Source: Elusimicrobiota bacterium (GTDB lineage Bacteria > Elusimicrobiota > Elusimicrobia > UBA1565). From it: a stretch of DNA of 33,087 bases. A model generated the notes under the pieces. That model worked only from the letters and a program-made list of their open reading frames with translations. It did no database searches and was not told where the DNA came from. Made by a program: the position numbers and the translations under genes. This document shows, in pieces, positions 17,144 through 26,500 of the stretch. The stretch lies in NCBI GenBank assembly GCA_043819795.1, contig JBDREN010000202.1, positions 1 to 33,087 of the forward strand. Direction: 5' to 3'. Position 1 is the stretch's first letter; each line of letters opens with the position of its first letter.

Positions 17144-18718
17144 ATGACACCGAGCACCATCCCCATTTACAGGGGCATCGTCATCGAAGACGACCCGGTG
17201 CAAGTCCTTTTTTTGAAGGAGCTGTTCCACGCGCCTTCGGTGCCGCGGTTCGAGATGGAGTTCTTCGACCGGCTTTCGGACGGCCTGGCGCGCGTGGACG
17301 AGGGCGGGATCGACGTCATCCTGCTCGACCTCTCCCTTCCTGACAGCCGGGGACTCGAGACGTTCGCGCGGGCCCTGGCTCAAGCGCCCGCCACCGCGGT
17401 CATCGTCCTGGCCGAGCTTGGGAGCGAATCGCTGGCGATCCAGGCGATCCAAGAAGGCGCCCAGGATTACCTGGTCAAAGGCCATCTGGACCGCGAGATG
17501 CTGTTGCGATCGCTGCGCTACGCCGTGGAGCGCCAAAGGATCATCCACCGCAAGGAGCAATCGCTGCAGAATCTCAGCCACGAGCTTCGCAACCCCCTGG
17601 CGGCCATTTACGGCAGCGTACGGGCGTTGCACGACGCGGCGACCGCCGGCGAGATCCCCGCCCCCCTGCACCGCCTCGTTGAGATCGCGTCCCGCAGCAC
17701 GGATCATCTCTGGTCCATGATCGACGACCTCCTGGATGTCGTCCGTGTGGAAACCGGGAAGCTGGCGGTCGAGCCCGAATACCTCCCGCTCTCCGAGCTG
17801 ATCGTCCAGACATTGGACGGGTTCGCCGCCGCGGCCGCGGCGAAAGGCATCGCCCTGAGCGCGGACGTCCCCCCCGGCCTTCCGCCGGTCCTGGCGGACC
17901 CCGTCAGGATCCGCCAGGTCCTGATCAACCTGATCAGCAACGGCCTGAAATTCACTCCGGCCCATGGGAAGATCCAGGTGGGGGCCTCGGTCCTTCCCGG
18001 GGGCGGCGGTCTCCTCCGCATCGCCGTGACTGATACGGGGCGCGGCATCGCGGTCGCGAACGCGGAGCGCCTCTTCCAGCGTCTTTACCAGACCGCACCC
18101 GGGGATGAGGACCGCCATACGGGACTCGGGCTGGGGCTGTTCATCTGCAAGGAGCTGGTCACCAGGCAGGGAGGCAGGATCTGGGCCGAGAGCGTGCCGG
18201 GCCAGGGAAGCACTTTCTACTTCACGCTGCCTGTTTTTTCCCTAGAAAGGAACCTGCGCCAAGTATTCGGAGACGGGCTGCTCCGAACGCGAAGTCTGGC
18301 GCTCATCGAGGTCGACGTCCTCTCCGGCGGCGCTCACTTGCGTCCGCTGGACAGAGAGCATGTCTTGCAGGAGGCCCGGAGCCTGCTTAAGCCCGCGGGG
18401 CCCAGCGTGGACCTGATACTTCCCAGGCCGGAGGCGGATTGGGCCGCTTACCCGCTGCTGCTTGTCATGCGCGCCGACCGCGAACAGGCCCATATCGTCG
18501 CCGAACGGATCAGGATCAAGATGCTGAGCTCCACGGTCATGAAGGACAATGATCTCAAGCCTACGGTCTCCTTTACCTGCGTGGATCTGCCCGAACCCGC
18601 GGGGACGCTTACGGACCGCGTTGGGCACGCGGCCGCCCGCATCGGAGAGATCACGGAATCCGTCATCCGGAAATACCGCTCCGGCGGCAGCGCGTCCGCT
18701 CCGGAATCCGCCGCATAA
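17144..18718 (+). CDS. Hybrid sensor kinase: REC-HisKA-HATPase plus degenerate GGDEF-like C-terminal domain
   Basis: IEDD, LLDLSLPD, DYLVKG. H-box SHELRNPL, N-box NLISNGLKF, DTGRGI, GLGLGLFIC, GSTFYF. Confidence 0.9.
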   Translation: MTPSTIPIYRGIVIEDDPVQVLFLKELFHAPSVPRFEMEFFDRLSDGLARVDEGGIDVILLDLSLPDSRGLETFARALAQAPATAVIVLAELGSESLAIQAIQEGAQDYLVKGHLDREMLLRSLRYAVERQRIIHRKEQSLQNLSHELRNPLAAIYGSVRALHDAATAGEIPAPLHRLVEIASRSTDHLWSMIDDLLDVVRVETGKLAVEPEYLPLSELIVQTLDGFAAAAAAKGIALSADVPPGLPPVLADPVRIRQVLINLISNGLKFTPAHGKIQVGASVLPGGGGLLRIAVTDTGRGIAVANAERLFQRLYQTAPGDEDRHTGLGLGLFICKELVTRQGGRIWAESVPGQGSTFYFTLPVFSLERNLRQVFGDGLLRTRSLALIEVDVLSGGAHLRPLDREHVLQEARSLLKPAGPSVDLILPRPEADWAAYPLLLVMRADREQAHIVAERIRIKMLSSTVMKDNDLKPTVSFTCVDLPEPAGTLTDRVGHAAARIGEITESVIRKYRSGGSASAPESAA

Positions 18719-18859
18719 CGGCGTCAGTCTGCCAGATAGCCTTCGGCCACAGCCGCGACGACGCCCGGTGATTTTCTACCACAAGATCGGGCTAGAAAAC
18801 CGGGCAGTGCTTAAAGCGCTGCCCGGTTTTTCTTGGCCTACGGCATAGGCCGGCTCAAA

Positions 18860-19339
18860 TCATACCCACCTGCCGACTCTCGACTTGTATTCGGCGTAGC
18901 GGTCGCCGAATTTCCGCTCCAAGTACGCCTCTTCGGGCCTGACAGCGAACCGATCGAACGCAAGCCAGAGACCAGCCGAGGAAAGAAAGAACCAAATCGA
19001 AAGGAACAATGCCGAAAAAGCGAACGGCACGAGCACCAGGGACAGATACAACGGGTTGCGGGAGTACCTGAAAGGGCCCTCCTCGACGATCTGGGTGGTC
19101 GGTTTCCCGGGATCCACGGGTGTCCCGCGCCTCTTGAGCACCACGAATGCGTGCAGCGCCAAATACCCCGAGACAGCGAGCGCGATCAGTGCGACAGCGA
19201 TGCGCGGTATGAAAGGTCCTCGAGAGTAGTCCAGCGCGAGCCAATACTCAAGCGCACCGGCGACAAGCAAGAACGCGAAGAAGATCAGCGGCGGCGGGAC
19301 CCTGATGCCTGCGCTGTCCTGGAGTGGAGCTTTTGCCAT
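18860..19339 (-). CDS. Isoprenylcysteine carboxyl methyltransferase / PEMT-family membrane protein
   Basis: Hydrophobic helices, GPFRYSRNPLY, EEAYLERKFGDRYAEYKSRVGRW. Confidence 0.9.
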   Translation of the reverse strand: MAKAPLQDSAGIRVPPPLIFFAFLLVAGALEYWLALDYSRGPFIPRIAVALIALAVSGYLALHAFVVLKRRGTPVDPGKPTTQIVEEGPFRYSRNPLYLSLVLVPFAFSALFLSIWFFLSSAGLWLAFDRFAVRPEEAYLERKFGDRYAEYKSRVGRWV

Positions 19340-19489
19340 GCTGCGGTTTCTGGTTGGCTAACGGTGACGCTCTGCCACGCGCACTATGGATTCCTCCGAT
19401 TCAGTGCCCGACGTGCGCGGCGGGTAGAGTCGAAACGTGGCGCAGCAGTTGTAGGGACGGCTTATCTATTGACCGGACCTTTCAAAAGC

Positions 19490-19731
19490 GGTCCCGGTGT
19501 CAGGCTTCAACTTATGCAACTTTTGGAACTTATGCAAAGGCGTCAAGCATTGAGTTCTTTGAGTTACTCTTCGCATTTCTGCGGATTGGGACTCAGCTCC
19601 CTAGCGGCGTCATGTGTTGGTCCCGGTGTCAGGCGGCAACTTATGCAACTTATTTAACTTTCGAAGTAAAGGCGTTAAGCATTGGGTTGTTTGAGTAACT
19701 TTTCGCATTCTCGGGGGCTGGGGCTGACTCC
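19490..19731. repeat. Two tandem copies (period 129 bp) of the intergenic repeat family
   Basis: GGTCCCGGTGTCAGGC..CAACTTATGCAACTT...AAAGGCGT.AAGCATTG(A/G)GTT.TTTGAGT.ACT.TTCGCATT starts at 19490 and at 19619. Confidence 0.85.
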
Positions 19732-19733
19732 GA

Positions 19734-19979
19734 TCACGGCAGCTTGGCGTGGGTGCCGTCGCAGTAGGGCTTGTTGTTGGAGCGCTTGCAGCCGCACCAG
19801 GCTACTTTCTTGGCCTCTTTGAATTCCACTTTGATGGATTGGATACCCGGGGCCTCCTTTCTGTGGGAGCCGTCGCAGTAGGGCTGCTGCTTGGAGTGGC
19901 CGCAGGCGCACCACCACTTGTTGCCGGGCTGTTCTTCCACGACATAGGGCATCTTCTGCGCGATCTTCGGCTCCGTCAT
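19734..19979 (-). CDS. CDGSH iron-sulfur (NEET) protein with two CDGSH motifs (MiNT/CISD3-like)
   Basis: WCACGHSKQQPYCDGSH and WCGCKRSNNKPYCDGTH. AAGGAG RBS. Confidence 0.95.
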   Translation of the reverse strand: MTEPKIAQKMPYVVEEQPGNKWWCACGHSKQQPYCDGSHRKEAPGIQSIKVEFKEAKKVAWCGCKRSNNKPYCDGTHAKLP

Positions 19980-20021
19980 TGCGGGTTCTCCTTATGAAGG
20001 CTGAAGCGACGGCCTAGGGGA

Positions 20022-20050
20022 AGTATAGACCGAGGCGCTTAGGGTGTCAA
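20022..20050 (-). promoter_or_regulatory. sigma70 promoter of the CDGSH gene
   Basis: TTGACA-N17-TATACT on the minus strand. Confidence 0.75.
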
Positions 20051-20181
20051 GCTGAAAGCCTGGGAAACTAGGAACAGTAAGACCGACCGGTCAAGATCGG
20101 GGGAAAGGTCCCCTCGCGCGCACGGGTCCGGGACGTTTCCGCCGGACGCACTGTGCGGTCGGGGCTCAGATGGGATCAGCG

Positions 20182-20254
20182 GCGTCAGGTGCTGAGCGTG
20201 TCGACTAACTCGCGATCGCGCGAAGAATATCTCGACAAACTCAACACCTGACGC
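20182..20254. repeat. REPIN-like inverted pair
   Basis: GCGTCAGGTGCTGAGCGTGTCGA (20182-20204) versus TCGACAAACTCAACACCTGACGC (20232-20254), 20/23 complementary. Confidence 0.8.
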
Positions 20255-20269
20255 TTTCCTGACGCTTTC

Positions 20270-20374
20270 CTACTTGATTTTTTCGTGTTTCTTTTTCCGC
20301 TTTTCCAAAAGCGTCAGCTTGGCCTTTTTTTGATTTTCCCTTTTGCCCTTGTCTTTTTTTCCCTTGTCGCCCAT
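20270..20374 (-). CDS. Small basic Lys-rich protein, 34 aa (not in the ORF track)
   Basis: MGDKGKKDKGKRENQKKAKLTLLEKRKKKHEKIK*, with GGAGAGG 5 nt before the ATG. Explains the pyrimidine-rich plus-strand tract. Confidence 0.7.
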   Translation of the reverse strand: MGDKGKKDKGKRENQKKAKLTLLEKRKKKHEKIK

Positions 20375-20448
20375 GTCGACCTCTCCTTACTCAGGATTGG
20401 CTGTACGCATTTCCCCTTTTATCAGCGCCGTGTGTCGAGCGTGTTGAC

Positions 20449-21885
20449 TCACTGGTCGCTGATCGTCTGAAGCACGGCCTCCGCCGCTTCGATCAGCGCG
20501 TCCGCCTGGGCGCTGTCCATCTTCTTGCCTCTCTGCGCCTCCACCGCGTTGATGAACGCGCCGAGCTGGCCCGCGACCGCCGCGGCGTTGTCTTTTTCCC
20601 GGGACTGGATGGCGTTCTCGAGCTTGGGCAGAAGGCCGGCCGTCACCTGGGGCGGAAGATCCATGCCCGCCATCTCCTCGATGATGGACTCGATCGTGGG
20701 AGCGCAGTCCGGGTCTTCCGTCCCGGCTGCGTCGCAGTAACCCCTCGCCGTGCAGAAGCCGTCATCGGCGCAGTCGCAGGCGTCCCCGATGCCGTCCCAA
20801 TCGCCGTCCTCCTGGCCCTGGTTGGACTCCTCCATGCAGTTGTCCAGCTGATCGGGGACGTTGTCGGCGTCCGCGTCCGGGGGATCCGACGACACCGCCA
20901 ATTTCCTCCAGGCCCACCCGTAATCGTGCGGGAACTCCAGGGTGGCGAGCAGGTGGGGCATTCCGTTCGGGGTCACAAGGCCGACCTTGCCGTATCCGTC
21001 CAAGAAGTAGAGGTTGCCGTTCGGGCCGAACGCCATGACGCACGGGACGCCCCCGACGACGTAGCCCGTTCTGGAGAACCGGCTGACCGCTCCGCCCGGG
21101 TCGAGCGTCCAGATCTCCCCCTGTCGTCCGAGCGCGTAGACGACGCCGTCCGCATCCGACGCCAGCCCGCCGGACCAGTGATCCAGCTTGTGGGAGCCCA
21201 GCCTGGCGCCCATCGAGACGTTGCCGGCCGGATCGATCTTCATCAGGGTCCCCCACGAGGCCTCGAGCACGAAAAAGTTCCCAAAAACGTCGATGGTGTG
21301 CATGAACCACTGGTTGGTCTTCCCAAAAGCCGAAAGGTCCCGGCGGAAGAGGAACGCTCCGGAAGAGGCGTACTTCCTGACGATGCCCTTATAGGAATGG
21401 ACCCACAGGCCGCCGTGGGGGTCGACCCCGACGTGCCCCCAGGTCTGAAAGGAAGGCTCGCCGGCGTTCAGGTCGGCGATGATCGTGCTCACGGCGCCTG
21501 CCGGGGTGATCTTGGACACCTTTGGGCCGCCGAGCGCGAAGATGTCCCCGGTCACCGGGTCCCGGGTTATGCCCCGTGAACCCACGAGGTCCGCCACGGT
21601 AATGAAAGAGCCGTCGGGCGCGACCTTGACCAGCTGGCCCGTTTTGAGATTCACGAAATAGGCGTTGCCGTCCTCGTCGACCGGGGCCGGGGCGTAGGTG
21701 TTGCTCCACCCGCGGCTCCCGAGCGCACCCACCTCGGCGGCCGACTCGTCGATATTCACCAAGACGCCGTCGCTCCGCAAGATGATAAGCCCGCCCGCCC
21801 ACGCCGCCTGGGCGCACAACATGGCGGCAAGCACGGCCGCCCGACCGAGCCCGGATCTCCCGCTCTTAAAAAAAGGCTGCATCAT
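20449..21885 (-). CDS. Secreted beta-propeller (NHL/SMP-30-like) protein with TSP3 repeat and C-terminal helical (FIMAH-like) domain
   Basis: Signal MMQPFF...AAVLAAMLCAQAAWA. Repeated xDxxGNxYF blades, DADADNVPDQLDNC...DGIGDACD, tail GQLGAFINAVEAQRGKK...QADALI. GAGGAAGG RBS. Confidence 0.8.
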   Translation of the reverse strand: MMQPFFKSGRSGLGRAAVLAAMLCAQAAWAGGLIILRSDGVLVNIDESAAEVGALGSRGWSNTYAPAPVDEDGNAYFVNLKTGQLVKVAPDGSFITVADLVGSRGITRDPVTGDIFALGGPKVSKITPAGAVSTIIADLNAGEPSFQTWGHVGVDPHGGLWVHSYKGIVRKYASSGAFLFRRDLSAFGKTNQWFMHTIDVFGNFFVLEASWGTLMKIDPAGNVSMGARLGSHKLDHWSGGLASDADGVVYALGRQGEIWTLDPGGAVSRFSRTGYVVGGVPCVMAFGPNGNLYFLDGYGKVGLVTPNGMPHLLATLEFPHDYGWAWRKLAVSSDPPDADADNVPDQLDNCMEESNQGQEDGDWDGIGDACDCADDGFCTARGYCDAAGTEDPDCAPTIESIIEEMAGMDLPPQVTAGLLPKLENAIQSREKDNAAAVAGQLGAFINAVEAQRGKKMDSAQADALIEAAEAVLQTISDQ

Positions 21886-21927
21886 TCCCTTCCTCGCGCC
21901 CCGACAACCCGCCACAAGTCCCTGGAT

Positions 21928-21956
21928 ACTATAGGTCATGAACCAACATGCCGCAA
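21928..21956 (-). promoter_or_regulatory. Possible sigma70 promoter of the beta-propeller gene
   Basis: TTGCGG-N17-TATAGT on the minus strand. Confidence 0.45.
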
Positions 21957-21993
21957 GGACCAAGCAGGAAAAACGACAGTGTGGTGGCGCCCT

Positions 21994-22053
21994 CATTGAG
22001 TTGTTTGAGTGACTCTTTGCATTTCAGATGACTGGGACTCGCTAGCGGCGTCA
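21994..22053. repeat. Dispersed copy of the intergenic repeat family
   Basis: CATTGAGTTGTTTGAGTGACTCTTTGCATTTC...TGGGACTCGCTAGCGGCGTCA matches 19548-19612. Confidence 0.8.
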
Positions 22054-22207
22054 CGGTTCCGGACGCTTGAAAGCACGGGCCTATATAGGGAACCAGCCGA
22101 TTCCCTCGGCTGTTGCGGATGTTTTGGGCCGAGTCGGGGGACGTCTGTTTTTGCCCGTTTTTGAGGACTCCGGTCAATTTCGGGCGGCGAGCGTCGCCCG
22201 GGAGGGG

Positions 22208-22528
22208 ATGATGAAAAAGCTTCTGATTTTGGGAGCGTTGATATTGGCGTGGGCGGGACTCGCTACGGCCGAGGATAGCGGCGTGCTACGGGGGACGGAC
22301 GGTTCGACCAAGCGCGTGCTTAAGACGAAGACGGACGGCACGCTGCTCATGGAGTTCACCAACGACGCGTTCATCGCCGGCCCCAAAGGGGATACCGGAG
22401 ACACCGGTCCCGCGGGACCGCAGGGCGCGCAGGGCCTGAAAGGGGATAAGGGCGACACGGGAGACAAGGGTGATCCGGGAGACGCTGGCGAAGCCATCGT
22501 CGGCCCGAAGGGCGACACCGGCCCGCAG
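22208..22528 (+). pseudogene. Truncated secreted collagen-like (Gly-X-Y) protein
   Basis: GGAGGGG RBS, signal [21 protein letters not shown], repeats [16 protein letters not shown]...GPKGDTGPQ. An abrupt change follows, and the frame runs ~195 nt antisense into the nitroreductase. Confidence 0.65.
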
Positions 22529-22588
22529 CTCACGTCGCAGATAATGTTCTTCAGCATTCATGCCCGGTTGACCCCGCTGGTACGGCTT

Positions 22589-23194
22589 CTAGAACGAGTT
22601 CTCGACCACGACCTCTTCAAGAGCGAGTTGTCCCGGCTTTGGCCAAGTATCTTTCAGGCCTTTCCCGATCGCCACCATCGGCCCCATGACGTGATCTCCC
22701 GGCAGGTTGACGAGCTCGGCTACCTTCTCGATATCAAACCCGATCATGGGGCAGGATTCATAACCCAGCTCCTGAGCCGCTAGCATAAGTGTCTGCATCG
22801 CCATCCCGATCGACCGCTGGGCTTCGTCGCGTTGGAGCCATTCCTTCCCTTCGTGAAACGGGCCCATCCAACCGACCAGAAGGTCGGCGACCTCCTTCGG
22901 CGCGTTCACCCAGTATCTTTGCGGATCCTTCCGCCAGGCCTTGACGTCCGCCGTGAAAAGGACAAGAAGAGATGCGTCGGTCATCTGCGCCTGATCATTT
23001 CCGAATTCCTTCCGGATCCTGGCGCGCAGCTCCGGGTCGTGAAGTACCACGAAGCGCCAGTGCTGGATATTGAAGCTGGTCGGAGCCTGGATCGTCGCCT
23101 CCAGCAGCTTCCGTTCTTCAGCCTCGGTAAGAGAGTGCTTGGCGTCAAAATGCTTTACCGCGCGTCTTTTATAGATCGCTTCCATCGTATTCAT
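22589..23194 (-). CDS. Nitroreductase family protein
   Basis: RRAVKHFD, APTSFNIQHWRFVV, LMLAAQELGYESCPMIGFD. GGAGGGAG RBS before ATG 23194. Confidence 0.93.
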   Translation of the reverse strand: MNTMEAIYKRRAVKHFDAKHSLTEAEERKLLEATIQAPTSFNIQHWRFVVLHDPELRARIRKEFGNDQAQMTDASLLVLFTADVKAWRKDPQRYWVNAPKEVADLLVGWMGPFHEGKEWLQRDEAQRSIGMAMQTLMLAAQELGYESCPMIGFDIEKVAELVNLPGDHVMGPMVAIGKGLKDTWPKPGQLALEEVVVENSF

Positions 23195-23250
23195 ATCCGC
23201 TCTCCCTCCGATTCTTCGGCCGAATGGCTGAACAGACCAGTCTTGAGGCA

Positions 23251-23279
23251 AGTATAGAGCGAGTCCTGCCGGGTGTCAA
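23251..23279 (-). promoter_or_regulatory. sigma70 promoter of the nitroreductase
   Basis: TTGACA-N17-TATACT on the minus strand. Confidence 0.75.
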
Positions 23280-23296
23280 CACGCATGGAAACGAAA

Positions 23297-23402
23297 CGGC
23301 CTCAGGCATTGAGTTCTTTGAGTAACCCGGCCCCGGTGCCTGGCACCGGGGCTTCCGGGGCTTTGAGTAACTTAGGAGCCGGTGCCGGGCGCTGGCATCG
23401 GC
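23297..23402. repeat. REP-like palindromic repeat cluster
   Basis: TCAGGCATTGAGTTCTTTGAGTAAC, perfect palindrome GCCCCGGTGCC-T-GGCACCGGGGC (23330-23352), and a second CTTTGAGTAACT. Confidence 0.8.
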
Positions 23403-23538
23403 TTCTTCGCCCGTCTATTGGGGCCCCTCCAAGGGGCCTATTTGGGGGTAGGCCCTTCTAGCCCGGGACGGAGTCCTGGATGGCCCTCGTGGGAATGCGG
23501 GATCCGCTTATCCTTTTAGTGTGGCAAGCGGATCTCGC

Positions 23539-26500
23539 GTGAAAAAGGCCTTCAGCTCCGTCGTAGCGGCGGCGCTCCTCGTATCCTCTACGGGGGCGCC
23601 TTTCTCTCGCGCGTACGCGGCCAACGTGGGCGCCGGCGTCCAGGTACAGACGTCGGGAGCCCCTGTCGTGGGCCCTGTCGGCCGGTCCACGGTCGAACGC
23701 CTGGCCGGAGCGGGGTATTCCTCTACCCCGCTCGGCCGGGGTCCGGCTTTGGGCAGCCTTCTGCCTTCGGCTGACGCGCGGACACCCGTTGCCGGGCGTT
23801 CGGGGGCCGGTTCTATGGCCCTGCCGGCTCCCGCGACCCGGACTTCGGCGCGTGCTCTTCCCTCCGGGGCGGTCAAATCGGCTCTTTCCGGTCCTGTCGC
23901 CGCGCCATCGGGGCAGGCGCGTTCGGGTGGGGCCGCAGCTTCCGCTCATTCTTCGGCCAGGACGCTTTCCCGCGGAATCGGGCGGGCCGGGGCGCCTTCC
24001 AACGTGGCTTTCGACGCGGTCTTTGACGGGCGGAGGCGGGCCGCTGGGCCGGCTGATTCCGCCGCTCCTAAGTCCGCGGGCGCCGTAAAGTCCGAGCGCA
24101 TCAAGCGGGACAAGAACGACCCTATCGTCTCTTTGATCAAGGTCCGGCGCAGCGTGCGCAAGGACGCGGTAAACATCCTCAAAGAGCACTTGGGCGGGCA
24201 GATCGCGGACAAGAAGCTCCACCACGACGTCCAGCGGGTGCTGGCGCGGCTTTTGAAGGCGGCAGGGCTTCCTAAAGAGGCGGCGCAGATCCACATCGGC
24301 AACTCCTTCCTACCCAACGGCTTCACGACCAACATGCCGAGCGAGGCGAGCTACCTCTCCTCCAACGCGAGCAGCGCCAAGGCGTTCCGGGTGGCGCACG
24401 TGTTCCTGTCGTTGGGGCTCCTGCGCTCGGTGCAGTCCGAGGCCCGCCTGGCTTTCGTGATCGCCCACGAGCTCCAGCACAACTGGCGGGACCATTTAAA
24501 GGACGTCACGGGCGGGCATCAGATGCTGGGCCACTTCCACGAGCTGGAGGCGGACGCCGAGGGCATCAAGCTGGCTGCGGCCGCGGGCTACGACCCCCGC
24601 GACGCCATAGACTCACTCTACGACCTGGACCTCGAGTTCGACCGCCTGGAGAAGAAATACAGCGTCCTAAAGCGCGACCGGAACGACATCTTGGAGAGCC
24701 TCCAGAGGCTCAAGGACGTGCATCCGGACTCGGACATGCGGCGGGCCAGCATGGCCGACCACATGGACGAGGCCATGGAGAGCTACCTGGCGGCGGGGAG
24801 CCCCAAACCCTCCGGGAAGACGCCGGTCTGGATGATCCGCCGCGACTCGGCCGAGCGGCCCACCACTCTGGAGCGCTTCGAGAAGCGCCTCAACACCGCG
24901 CTCGCGCGCCCGACGATGATAGACCGGCTCATGGCGCTCGAGGGCTTCGTAGAGGCGCTCGACGACTCGCTGACGGCCGAGCACTTCGCCATCATAGAGG
25001 AAGCCTACGGCGCCCTAATCGACGAGGCGCGGACCTTGGACGAGCTCCGGCCCATCGGGGTCTCCATGCGCCGCAGCGTACGCTTGGGGTTCCCCTCCGC
25101 GCGCCTTATGAAGCGCATGCTCCGGCGCCAGGTTGAGACGGTCCTTAAGGACCTCCCCGAACGCCCCACCATGACAGACCTGCGCATGTACCGGATGCCC
25201 TTGGATGAGACCGTCAAGCGCGAGACCGCGCTCCAGATCCTCGACCAGGCCAAGAGCCGGGACGAGCTGGAGGCCGCCTTCCGCTCCCTGACGCTCGAGG
25301 CCGAGAACTTGGGCTTCAACCTGGAAAAAGTCGCCGACGAGGAGGCCCAAAAGACGCTCATCGATCAGGTGGCCCGGCGGCTCTGGAAGTCCACCCGCAA
25401 GGTTCTAGAGAAGGAGAGCCGCGCGCCCCCTGCGCCCGAGGCTATCATCGCCGAGATCCGCGCCAAACTGTCGCCCGCGTGGCTCAAGGGCTACCGCGTG
25501 GGATTCGACCTCCAGATCATCGAGAGCGCCTTCGGCCCCGAGAAGTTTCGCTCCCAGACCTACCGCCCCTCCCAGCTCGCGGCCCTGCTCAAGGACGGCT
25601 CGCTCAACCGCTGGAAGGCCGAACAGCCCTGGCTCCGCAAGTCCTTCGACGGCATGGACCGCTGGGCCCAATACCACTACACCGATATCGAGGTGGATCT
25701 TAAAGGAACGGGGGACGTCGTATACCACCGCTATTACCTAAAGGGCCTCACCTCCCCCAGCCCGGAGGACCGGCTCGACCTCGCCCGGCACTTCCTCGAT
25801 ACCGCGACGGTGCCCCCGGCCATGGTCCAGCTCCTGCGCCAGGAGGGCCGGCTCCACGAGTCCCTCACCGCGATGATCCGCGACCTGGGCGAGGTGCTGC
25901 GCGGCAAGCTCGCCGAAGGACTCCTTCCCCACGGCAAAGACGTCGTTTTGAGCGAATACGTGTGGCGGGTCGGGAACCTTCTGGACTCGGCCCTCTACCA
26001 GGTCCGCGACCTGGCCGAGACGCGCGAGGTCGCGGCCACGGCCTGGGCCGAGGTCTCGAAGCTCCTCAAGGATCCCAAGGTCGAGGAAGGCTTCAAGGAG
26101 CAGGAGAAGACCCGCACCAAGCTCTCGGAGAAGTTCCTCAACTCGGTGAGCGCCGCGGTCCGGCGCGCGGTCGCGGCCCGCGACCACGCGGGCTTGGGCC
26201 CGGACGGCACGGAGATCGGGCGGCTCTCGAAGCTGGTGCGCGAGATAGACTCCACCCTAAGGAAGATGGACGGCTACCAGCGCGTGCTCGGCCACGCGCG
26301 CAACCTCGCCGCCCTGGCGGGCAGAAAGGCCGACTATATGGCGGCCTACGAGGACGCCCTGCCTATCGCGGTCGAGCCCCCGGGATTCTTCGCGACCATC
26401 GGCATCTGGCTGCGCTGGAGGCTCAGGCTCGCGCCTTGGGCCAAGCGCATGGACGAGCAGCCCCTCACGAATCAGGACTTCGTGCACTTCCTGGCCTTGA

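Noticed and set aside
18833..19657. 274-aa plus-strand ORF
   Set aside because: Antisense to the ICMT-family gene and runs through non-coding repeats.
19490..19731. CRISPR array
   Set aside because: Only two long degenerate units, no unique spacers, and no cas genes.
20043..20050. GGTGTCAA here and at 23272 as repeat-family copies
   Set aside because: Better explained as TTGACA -35 boxes with a 17-nt spacer to TATACT.
20285..20470. 61-aa Phe-rich plus-strand ORF resembling a membrane peptide
   Set aside because: It is the antisense of the Lys-rich sORF, which has the RBS.
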